Made by a program: the position numbers and the translations under genes | In this document: one piece after another, positions 7,997-16,213 of the stretch | Layout of the letters: each line of letters starts with the position of its first letter | Numbering within the stretch: position 1 is the first letter of the stretch | Notes under the pieces: generated by a model | Databases searched by the model: none | Told to the model about the DNA's origin: nothing | What the model saw: the letters and a program-made list of their open reading frames with translations, nothing else | Origin: a virus | IMG/VR virus record: IMGVR_UViG_3300034280_001042 | Location: 1-64,000 of that record | Strand: one strand, 5' to 3' | DNA: 64,000 nt

Positions 7997-10762
7997 ATGC
8001 CAACATGTAATAGTGCTAATTATAATCTATCAGCAAACTGGAATGGTGTTGTAGGAAATCTTACTTCTGTTGGTACTAATGGAAGTCCCAGCTATTATGA
8101 TACCTATGACCAGTCAGGATCTTTATACGAATGGAATGATTCTATTATTGGGTCCAATAGAGGATTAAGGGGTGGTAGCTGGACAGACTCTACTGTTAGT
8201 AATTTGTCAAAATCATATAGATTTTCTTTTTTGCCTAACGCTAGATTAACTACTGTTGGATTTAGAATAGCTACAATCAATGATGATCGTCAATACAGCA
8301 CCTTTGTAACAGTAGCTAATATTGCTAATGCAGCTGATAGCACAACATATGGTTCTGTTGGATATACATATAAAATACAAAAATATTTAGTTACTAATAC
8401 TGAGTATACGGAATTTCTAAATGCTATAGGTATGACAGATACCTATGGACTGTATTCAGCAACATATATGGGCACAGAAAGCAGAGGAGGTATTGCTAGA
8501 GGAGGATCCAATGGAAGTTATGTATATGCTGTTAAAACTAACATGGGAAATAAACCAGTATACTATATATCTTGGTTTAATGCTGCTAGATTTGTAAACT
8601 GGTTGCATAATGGAAAACCCAGTGGTGCTCAAAATTCATCCTCAACAGAAGACGGAGCATACACCCTCAATGGAGCTATATCTGGATATAGTTTTACAAA
8701 AAATATCTCAGCTAAATATTGGATTCCAACAGAGAACGAATGGTATAAAGCAGCTTATTATGATCCATCTTTGAATACAGGATCGGGTGGATATTACTCT
8801 TACTCAACACGTAGCAACAGCTCCCCAGATTCCGTAACAGCATCTTCAATCGGAGATGCTATATTGCCAATTGGTTGCATAACACCTACTCCAACAGCAT
8901 CTTTCACACCATCTCCTACAAAAACTCCAACTAATACACCGACCAATACAGCAACAGTAACTGCTTCACAAACTAAAACGCCATCGGCAACTCCTACATT
9001 CACACCAACTCCAACAATAACGGCTTCTGTAACGCCAACTGTTACTAAAACTCAAACAACTACCATTACTCCAACAAGAACCGTTACTCCAACACATACT
9101 GCAACCAGTTCTTTAACTCCTTCAATCACTCCAACAAATACAAAGACTCCAACAGCTACTAAAACTAGTACTCCAACAACCACAGTATCTCCGACACCAT
9201 CCAAGTCTTTATGTGATTCTTTAAAACTAGGACAACTAATTCTAAATGAAGCACTATACAATACAAATGACATTACTATATTATATAACGGATTTGTATT
9301 AAGGGGCATAATTGATGATCCCATATTTAGCTTAAGAGAACCTCCAAATGTAACGCCTACAAGAACTCCCACGGTTACTCCTACAAATACAGCAACTCCT
9401 ACGGTTACTCCTACAAAGACTGCAACCCCAACTCTTACCACCAGTTTAACTAATACTCCAACAGCAACAACAACACCTACTAAGACTCCAACACAAACTC
9501 AAACCAGTACAACAACTCCAACAAACACAATAACCCCAACAGTAACGACGACACAAACTCAAACCACAACACAAACAATAACTCCTACAGTTAGTGTTAC
9601 ATCTACTAGTACCTTAACTCCAACTCCTACTAATACTATTACCTCTACTAATACTGTAACTCCAACAAATACTAATACTCAAACAAATACTGGTTCTCTA
9701 ACACCAACTCCCACACTAACAGCTACTACAACTCCTACTATAACTCCAACAAACACTGAAACTCCTACTATAACTCCAACTAGCACTGTTACTCCAACTA
9801 ATAGTACAACTCCAACTAATACTATTACGCCTACAAATACAGCTAGTCAAACCCCAACAAACACAATAACTCCGACATATACAAGAACACCAACTCCAAC
9901 TCCAACTAATCCAATACCAGCTTCATTCGTAGCAGTTGCTTTTAATTCAGACACTGTTGCAACTTCTAATAATGGAATTTCATGGAATAATTATACTTTA
10001 CCAGGATCTAAATATTGGACAGATATAGAATATGGTAACGGAGTATTCGTATCTTGTCCTTATACAGATGCTGTGGGAGCCAAATCTACCAACATTTCTA
10101 GTTGGACCAACCAATCTTTAGGCTCGGCCTCTAATTGGATCAATATAATTTATGGTAATGGTATTTTTGTTGTTATGTCTCAAACTGGTAATACTCAAAT
10201 TTACTCTAGTACCACAGATACATGGTCTTCATCTTCTTTACCTTCTCTGGGTGTTGGTTCAATATGGAAGTGTGGAGCATATGGTAATGGTGTCTACGTT
10301 GCATTGTCCTCTACAAATAATCTAGCCACGTCAAACAATGGAACCAGTTGGAGTCAATCTACATTACCTTCTACTGGGGACTGGCAAGCTATTACATATG
10401 GCAATAATAAGTTTGTAGCAATTGCAAATAACTCTGATAAAGCCATATATTCCAGTAATGGTACAGATTGGTCTGCTAGTACCCTGCCATCTGTCGCCTA
10501 TTGGTCTAGTATAGCTTATGGTAATGGTAAATATGTGGCAGTTGCAAATGATTTTGGTTATGTCGCAGTTTCTTCTGATGGAGTTAATTGGACTCAATAT
10601 GCTTCTCTGTGGGGCCTATGGCAAGGTATCTCTTATGGAAATAACATATTTGTAACTGTTGGTTTTGGTTCAACTACGCTAACGTCAACAAATGGAATAA
10701 CCTGGACTCAAAGAACAATGGTCGGTCGAGATTGGTCAGCAATTACATTTAGAAACGATTAA
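7997..10762 (+). CDS. Circularly permuted FGE-sulfatase-type (C-type lectin fold) domain, long Thr/Pro stalk and beta-propeller; putative receptor-binding or fibre protein
   Basis: DQSGSLYEW, RGLRGGSW and GFRIA come before KYLVTN, KPVYYISWFNAARFVNWL and PTENEWYKAAY; TPTxT tracts at aa ~295-640; YGNG/SxNGxxW repeats. Confidence 0.8.
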   Translation: MPTCNSANYNLSANWNGVVGNLTSVGTNGSPSYYDTYDQSGSLYEWNDSIIGSNRGLRGGSWTDSTVSNLSKSYRFSFLPNARLTTVGFRIATINDDRQYSTFVTVANIANAADSTTYGSVGYTYKIQKYLVTNTEYTEFLNAIGMTDTYGLYSATYMGTESRGGIARGGSNGSYVYAVKTNMGNKPVYYISWFNAARFVNWLHNGKPSGAQNSSSTEDGAYTLNGAISGYSFTKNISAKYWIPTENEWYKAAYYDPSLNTGSGGYYSYSTRSNSSPDSVTASSIGDAILPIGCITPTPTASFTPSPTKTPTNTPTNTATVTASQTKTPSATPTFTPTPTITASVTPTVTKTQTTTITPTRTVTPTHTATSSLTPSITPTNTKTPTATKTSTPTTTVSPTPSKSLCDSLKLGQLILNEALYNTNDITILYNGFVLRGIIDDPIFSLREPPNVTPTRTPTVTPTNTATPTVTPTKTATPTLTTSLTNTPTATTTPTKTPTQTQTSTTTPTNTITPTVTTTQTQTTTQTITPTVSVTSTSTLTPTPTNTITSTNTVTPTNTNTQTNTGSLTPTPTLTATTTPTITPTNTETPTITPTSTVTPTNSTTPTNTITPTNTASQTPTNTITPTYTRTPTPTPTNPIPASFVAVAFNSDTVATSNNGISWNNYTLPGSKYWTDIEYGNGVFVSCPYTDAVGAKSTNISSWTNQSLGSASNWINIIYGNGIFVVMSQTGNTQIYSSTTDTWSSSSLPSLGVGSIWKCGAYGNGVYVALSSTNNLATSNNGTSWSQSTLPSTGDWQAITYGNNKFVAIANNSDKAIYSSNGTDWSASTLPSVAYWSSIAYGNGKYVAVANDFGYVAVSSDGVNWTQYASLWGLWQGISYGNNIFVTVGFGSTTLTSTNGITWTQRTMVGRDWSAITFRND
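8880..9915 (+). repeat. Coding Thr/Pro low-complexity repeats (two tracts; 30-nt periodic units)
   Basis: AACTCCTACTATAACTCCAAC at 9730-9750 and 9760-9780; ACGGTTACTCCTACAAA at 9371 and 9401. Confidence 0.85.
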
Positions 10763-10777
10763 AAAAGGATAAATATT

Positions 10778-11005
10778 ATGACTTTAACATATACAATAGA
10801 AGCAAATAATACAGTAGCGATCTACTCTGACACACAAACAGAACCAATCATTTTACAACCCAATTGGCCTAATGGTACTCCTTGGTCATCGTCCGCAGAA
10901 GCTTCAACTTGGGCAGAATTGTGCATAGCTTCAATGCAAGATCCAAATGCCCCATATGCTCCAGCTGGTCCTGGTTTACCCGGTGACAATAAAACAAACT
11001 CTTAA
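10778..11005 (+). CDS. Small protein, possibly a fibre-assembly chaperone
   Basis: Directly downstream of the fibre-like gene; QPNWPNGTPW; AAGGA RBS; function inferred from position only. Confidence 0.5.
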   Translation: MTLTYTIEANNTVAIYSDTQTEPIILQPNWPNGTPWSSSAEASTWAELCIASMQDPNAPYAPAGPGLPGDNKTNS

Positions 11006-11020
11006 AAAAGAATACTTTAT

Positions 11021-11401
11021 ATGAATAACGAAAAACTAAAACTTATTGCTAACAAAGTTATCGAAAAGTCTCAGATTCCTGAAAAGGATAATTATGGATT
11101 TGCAATTGTTACGGTTTTAATGGTAATTAGTATCATCTTAACGTGCGTAAGGATTCTACAAGAATGCGATAAAAATAAAGTACTCCCTATGGATCAAGCT
11201 CAATATTCTAAAGAAATTAAAGCTCTTACTAATACCAGGGGCTGGTTTACTAAAATGAGAATTAAAAAATTGATTAGAAAAGAATTAACTTCAGAAAATT
11301 ATAGACTTTATAATAAAGCTTTATTAGAAGCTATTCTTGATACAGGAGAAACTCTCACGGAAGAGGAAACATTTACTCTAATGGAGGCGGCTAATGTTTA
11401 A
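11021..11401 (+). CDS. Single-TM membrane protein
   Basis: FAIVTVLMVISIILTCV. Confidence 0.6.
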   Translation: MNNEKLKLIANKVIEKSQIPEKDNYGFAIVTVLMVISIILTCVRILQECDKNKVLPMDQAQYSKEIKALTNTRGWFTKMRIKKLIRKELTSENYRLYNKALLEAILDTGETLTEEETFTLMEAANV

Positions 11402-11642
11402 TTTATTAATGTGGTCTGTGTATGGAATTTTTGTTGGTAGCATTGCTAAGAGTTTAGTTCCGGGAGAAGAACATCTAGGTTTTTTTCAAACCATAGCTCT
11501 AGGTGTTGCTGGTTCCTATATGGGAGGAGCAATCCTATATATGCTCGGAACATACCAAGCAGTTTCTCCAGCTGGTTTATTTATGGGTGTTGTAGGATCT
11601 GTAATTAGTTTGATACTTTACAATAAAGCTATCAAAGTATAG
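11394..11642 (+). CDS. GlsB/YeaQ/YmgE family (transglycosylase-associated) membrane protein
   Basis: G.FVG.IAK.LVPG...G...TIALGVAGS..GG; three TM helices; GGAGG RBS. Confidence 0.8.
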   Translation: MFNLLMWSVYGIFVGSIAKSLVPGEEHLGFFQTIALGVAGSYMGGAILYMLGTYQAVSPAGLFMGVVGSVISLILYNKAIKV

Positions 11643-11657
11643 ATACTTGATTATGCA

Positions 11658-12575
11658 ATGAAATCTCATCAAAAAATTCCGGTATTATTATGGCTATATC
11701 ATAATGATCTTTGGCCAGAATTTCTAGAGCTATTAAGGCCAATCGGTGATCTGATTGATTTGCGTCTTGGATTATGTGTAGAGAATAATATAGATCATAT
11801 CTCTCAAGACTTCTATAGTCATTTTACTGGGTCAATTACTTTGCACCCGAACAAGGGAGTTGATGTTCTCCCTTTTCTTCATCAGATGAGTTTTTTAAAC
11901 ACAGAGAACTCTGATGACGTATTTTTAAAAATACACGGGAAAAAGAGCGAGATAGTCCCAGGCATGAACTGGAGAGCCATTCTGCTTAATAGTTTGATTG
12001 GAAATAGAGAAAATTTCGTATCCAATATAACCAAGTTTAATCAGCCAAATATTGGCATGTTGTCTAGTCAAAATCTAATCTTGTCAAATAGAGAAAGGGC
12101 AAATACTAAGAAAATAAATCAATTATGCCAAATGATGAATATAGACTATTCCATTGTCAACTCTGGTAGTTTTCCTTCTGGTAATATGTTTTTTGGCAGA
12201 ACTAGTTTGTTTAGACAATATTTTAATGAATCAACCATACAAAAACTGAATGACCTATTTAAAGCAGAGTGCGGTAGAGTGATTGATTCTAAAGACGGAA
12301 CATATTGTCATACTCTAGAAAGAATGTTCGGATATCTAGTATCCTATAACAACCAAAAGATTCTCCAGTGTTCCGAAATAAATATTGATATCTTTGGACA
12401 TGACAGTCCTAATCAAATATTTAATATAGTTATAATGTACAACGGAGACTGTTATTATCGAGATAATATGTATGTTTATGGTAAAATTCTTTCTCAAGAT
12501 AAATCTGGAATAGTAGTAGACTGGAAACACACAACACCAAATCAAATAAGAAAATATAAAATAAATGAAAGATGA
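11658..12575 (+). CDS. Rhamnan synthesis protein F (RgpF)-like glycosyltransferase
   Basis: LYH.DLW.E, NKG.DVLPFL, KIHGKKS, WR..L..L, F.SG.MF..R and HTLER motifs. Confidence 0.75.
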   Translation: MKSHQKIPVLLWLYHNDLWPEFLELLRPIGDLIDLRLGLCVENNIDHISQDFYSHFTGSITLHPNKGVDVLPFLHQMSFLNTENSDDVFLKIHGKKSEIVPGMNWRAILLNSLIGNRENFVSNITKFNQPNIGMLSSQNLILSNRERANTKKINQLCQMMNIDYSIVNSGSFPSGNMFFGRTSLFRQYFNESTIQKLNDLFKAECGRVIDSKDGTYCHTLERMFGYLVSYNNQKILQCSEINIDIFGHDSPNQIFNIVIMYNGDCYYRDNMYVYGKILSQDKSGIVVDWKHTTPNQIRKYKINER

Positions 12576-13824
12576 ACCTGAAATAGATATTAAACTATTT
12601 GATCCTGATATTTATATAAAATATAATCCAGACATAGCCAAACATCTCCTTACTCCTGCTAATGCTTCAATTAGTAAGGATTTATTAGATCAGAAACTAC
12701 TAAACCATTATACTAAATGTGGATATAAAGAAAATAGACTCTTTAATAAAGAACAGCTCAAAAAAGTATGGGTCTCAGAAGACGAAATAGATAATGCTTT
12801 TGATCATGAATTTTATCTTGCAGAATATCCTGAAACTATTGAGTTTAGTGCTTATTTGTCTCAAGTATCATTGAGAGAAAGACTGTTTAATCATTATTAT
12901 CAGTTTGGTAAAATAGAAGGAAGATATATAAATCAACAACAAAAATATGCTTATAAAATAAAAACACTAAATATTAGTAAAATTATACCACGGTCTTCTT
13001 TGAAACATTTTACAAATAATCTAGAATGTATTGCTTTATTGGTAACGGATAATGAAATACAAAATGGTCAATATATAGAATTAATTAATCGTTTAATCGA
13101 CAATACAACCAAAGAAGAAGCCCAGAACATACACTTCAACATAATTGTTAACAATATAAACTGCTGTATAGAAACCAAAACTATACAAACCATCTTTTCT
13201 AATGTAAATATTATCAATCTTAATCTAACTGAAGAAGAAGATTTGTATTTGAAAGATGCCCGCAAGTTAGAAAAAATCCCAACATATGGAAGAAAATCTG
13301 GGCCAAATATAATGTTTTATAGAACCATAGAGGTCTGCAAAAACTATAATACCACATTATTTCTGGAAACAGATTGTTTTTTTAGAGAAACATGGCTACA
13401 AAAACTCAAAAACTTTGTTAATCATTCAAACGGCTTTTGGATATCTGGGGCTCTTTATGACGGATTAGTTCCAAACGCAGCAGGATCAGCATTATCAACT
13501 CATATCAATGGAGGAGTAGGATTATATGCTACCGGAAACGAAACGTGTCGATTATTCATGGGTCAGTGCGAAGTCTTTTTGATAGAACAGATCAAAGGAG
13601 GCTTAGCAGTACTAGCTTATGATGTTGGTATAAAAATGTATATAGACCATATAACAAACGCTAATATTAAAAACCCTGAAGATATCCTAGTCGCTAAATT
13701 TCTTAATCGCCAATATTTACCAAATAAAATTATTGGTAATTTTAGCACAACTAAGGATACGATTATTAGTTTAGAACAAATCAGTAATATTTATAACTAC
13801 TATATTATACATAAAAAATCCTAA
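12565..13824 (+). CDS. Two FD..Y...(N/Y)P repeats plus GT-A-like domain
   Basis: FDPDIYIKYNPD..HY..G..E.R twice; LETDC (DxD-like), HINGG..LY and YDV motifs. Confidence 0.5.
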   Translation: MKDEPEIDIKLFDPDIYIKYNPDIAKHLLTPANASISKDLLDQKLLNHYTKCGYKENRLFNKEQLKKVWVSEDEIDNAFDHEFYLAEYPETIEFSAYLSQVSLRERLFNHYYQFGKIEGRYINQQQKYAYKIKTLNISKIIPRSSLKHFTNNLECIALLVTDNEIQNGQYIELINRLIDNTTKEEAQNIHFNIIVNNINCCIETKTIQTIFSNVNIINLNLTEEEDLYLKDARKLEKIPTYGRKSGPNIMFYRTIEVCKNYNTTLFLETDCFFRETWLQKLKNFVNHSNGFWISGALYDGLVPNAAGSALSTHINGGVGLYATGNETCRLFMGQCEVFLIEQIKGGLAVLAYDVGIKMYIDHITNANIKNPEDILVAKFLNRQYLPNKIIGNFSTTKDTIISLEQISNIYNYYIIHKKS

Positions 13825-13856
13825 CGCCTAACATTAATTCTATAGCAACATAAAAT

Positions 13857-14645
13857 ATGAATAAATTAATAGTAACACACAACGCAGGATTATTTTCTTG
13901 TATGAGTCAAAGATTAAGGGCAATAATTGTTTATGCTAATGAGCATAAAATATTCCCTAAAATTGTCGATAGCTCCCAGCAATTTATGTTATATAAACAA
14001 AATCAAGACAATGATATAACTAATTTTTTTCTAGATCAAGATATTCCACAAGAGCTCTCGTATACAGAGCATATCGATTTTACCGATCAGTTTACTGATT
14101 ATTCCAAGCTTAATTTTAATATTTTGAGTCCAATCATTAATCAATATTTTTTCCCAAGTAATTTTGTCACAAAAAAAGTTTTGTATTTTGAAAATAAATA
14201 TAATATACAATACAGCAATCTTTGCTCAGTATTCTATCGGGGCAACGATAAAGCATTAGAATGCAAATTAGCGACCCATGATGACTTTATTAAAAGAGCA
14301 AAAATTGTTAAAAATTTAAATCGTAATATTAGGTTTTTAGTACAAACAGACGATCTGGTTTTTTTGCAACTTTTTTTAGCAGAATTTGAAAATTCTATTC
14401 ACATCGCAGAACTACCAGCAATAAACCGACCATCCACATCTGTGACTGCCTTACTTGATGTGAATAATAGAATAAATTTTGCGATTGATTTTATAGCAGC
14501 GGTCATTGTTGTGTCTCGATGTAACATTATGATAACTCATTCCGGTAATTGTGGTTATTGGGCATCTTTATATAGGGGATCCTCAACTAATATTATTCAA
14601 CACTTTACTAACGAAGCAAATAATAATTATGGATGGATCTCTTAA
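13857..14645 (+). CDS. NodZ/GT23-like fucosyltransferase
   Basis: AGLFS, VFYRGNDK..E, QTDD and SGNCGYW motifs of the alpha-1,2/1,6-fucosyltransferase clan. Confidence 0.65.
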   Translation: MNKLIVTHNAGLFSCMSQRLRAIIVYANEHKIFPKIVDSSQQFMLYKQNQDNDITNFFLDQDIPQELSYTEHIDFTDQFTDYSKLNFNILSPIINQYFFPSNFVTKKVLYFENKYNIQYSNLCSVFYRGNDKALECKLATHDDFIKRAKIVKNLNRNIRFLVQTDDLVFLQLFLAEFENSIHIAELPAINRPSTSVTALLDVNNRINFAIDFIAAVIVVSRCNIMITHSGNCGYWASLYRGSSTNIIQHFTNEANNNYGWIS

Positions 14646-14648
14646 ACT

Positions 14649-15461
14649 ATGCCATATCTAACAGATTATATTAATTTTATTCAAAACGAACTAGATCAAA
14701 GTGATCTCGTAAACTATACAGTTAATCCCAATATCTGTATTAATTGTGAACACAATCTAGTTTGTCCTGAATTTACTCAGAATCATGATTTTCAAAAAGG
14801 AACAATACCACTCCCAAACAAAAAAGACAATTACTTAGTTAGAATAGAAAACTTCAAAGGTTTTGTAAATTCTGATATCTATATCGAATATAGTCAGCCT
14901 AATATTCTTAATATAAAAAACTCAATATACAGTAAATATTTTAATAAAATAATTTATATTCCTCCACTATTGTGTGAGTATAGTCCTAAAAACGACAAAA
15001 AAAATATTGATATATTAACTTGTTTTTATCATGTTTATGGTAGAAGACAGGTATTGTTTAACAATCTAAATAATGGTTTTTCTAGTTATATAAATATTCA
15101 AAATACTTTTGACCAAAATCTGTATGATATATACAAACAAGGCAAAATTCTAGTGAATGTTCATCAAACAGAATATCATCATACATTTGAAGAAATTAGA
15201 GTAATTCCAGCATTATTAAATGGATTGGTGGTTGTTGCAGAGGATAGTCCGTTGAAGGAAGCTGTTCCTTATCATGAATATGTCATCTGGAGCCCGTATG
15301 GGTCCATAGTAGATGCAACAAAAAATATATTAAATAACTACGAATTTTACTTTAATAAAATTCATGGAGAACAATCAAAGCTTAAACAAATATTTCAACA
15401 GATGAAATATAATATTAAAAAGGATATTAACAAATGTATAAAGACGCAGATATTATCGTAA
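14649..15461 (+). CDS. GT-B fold glycosyltransferase-like protein
   Basis: KILVNVH, FEEIR and VVVAEDS. Confidence 0.6.
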   Translation: MPYLTDYINFIQNELDQSDLVNYTVNPNICINCEHNLVCPEFTQNHDFQKGTIPLPNKKDNYLVRIENFKGFVNSDIYIEYSQPNILNIKNSIYSKYFNKIIYIPPLLCEYSPKNDKKNIDILTCFYHVYGRRQVLFNNLNNGFSSYINIQNTFDQNLYDIYKQGKILVNVHQTEYHHTFEEIRVIPALLNGLVVVAEDSPLKEAVPYHEYVIWSPYGSIVDATKNILNNYEFYFNKIHGEQSKLKQIFQQMKYNIKKDINKCIKTQILS

Positions 15462-16213
15462 GCTTAGCAGGCGGCCTTGGTAACAGACTACACACTCTCT
15501 ATAGTGCGCACTACCTTACTATGCATTACGGCTTACCTCTCAAGTATTATTGGCATGACGATTTTGGTAGCGGCTGCGGTTTTAATGATCTGTTTGACGA
15601 TGAGAGATTGGTTATGATTCAAGACAGGGCCGAGCTATATAATAATAGGCTTGAGATACGAAACTCTATGATTACAAATACAGAACTCCAACAAAAGATT
15701 CACTGGGTACACCCATTTACTGCTAGACTTGAACATAGCTCCCACAGCCCTGACCTAGCTGAAACATTCAACAACATCAAACTTCATCCAAGTATTATTG
15801 ATGAGATTAATAATATTAATATCCCAGAAAACACTTTTGGTATACATGTTCGCGGTGGAGATATAAAAGTTGGAAATATAGACCCAAGAGATAAGAGAAA
15901 ATATGTGTCTCCGGAGGCTTTTTTCTCGACTATTGATGACATTTTAAACCATAACAATAATCAAAAATTCCTTTTGTCATGCGAAAACCTAGAAGATGAA
16001 GAACTTTTTACTAATAGATATGATAAACAAAACCTGATTATATTAGGTTCATGCCCATATAATAGAAACTCTAAAAGAGGCATAATATGCGGATTTATTA
16101 ATATCATATTACTATCTAAGTGTATAAAAATCTTTGGAATGGTAAGCTCTTTTTCAAGCGTTGCCGTCCATATATCTAATCTTCCCACAACTAAAATTAA
16201 TTTTTATGCCTAA
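15434..16213 (+). CDS. GT11/O-fucosyltransferase-like protein
   Basis: GGLGNRL, GIHVRGGD and SSFS. Confidence 0.7.
   Translation: MYKDADIIVSLAGGLGNRLHTLYSAHYLTMHYGLPLKYYWHDDFGSGCGFNDLFDDERLVMIQDRAELYNNRLEIRNSMITNTELQQKIHWVHPFTARLEHSSHSPDLAETFNNIKLHPSIIDEINNINIPENTFGIHVRGGDIKVGNIDPRDKRKYVSPEAFFSTIDDILNHNNNQKFLLSCENLEDEELFTNRYDKQNLIILGSCPYNRNSKRGIICGFINIILLSKCIKIFGMVSSFSSVAVHISNLPTTKINFYA

Noticed and set aside
7997-8272. Diversity-generating retroelement targeting the CLec domain
   Set aside because: No reverse transcriptase, avd or adenine-variant template repeat was seen in this window; one elsewhere in the genome cannot be excluded
7997-8880. Active formylglycine-generating enzyme (auxiliary metabolic gene)
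   Set aside because: The catalytic Cys pair after RGGS is absent (RGGSWTDSTVSNL), and the domain is fused to a fibre-like stalk
8880-9915. Periodic direct repeats resembling a CRISPR array
   Set aside because: Repeats are in-frame Thr/Pro codons with degenerate third positions and no unique spacers; no cas operon is present
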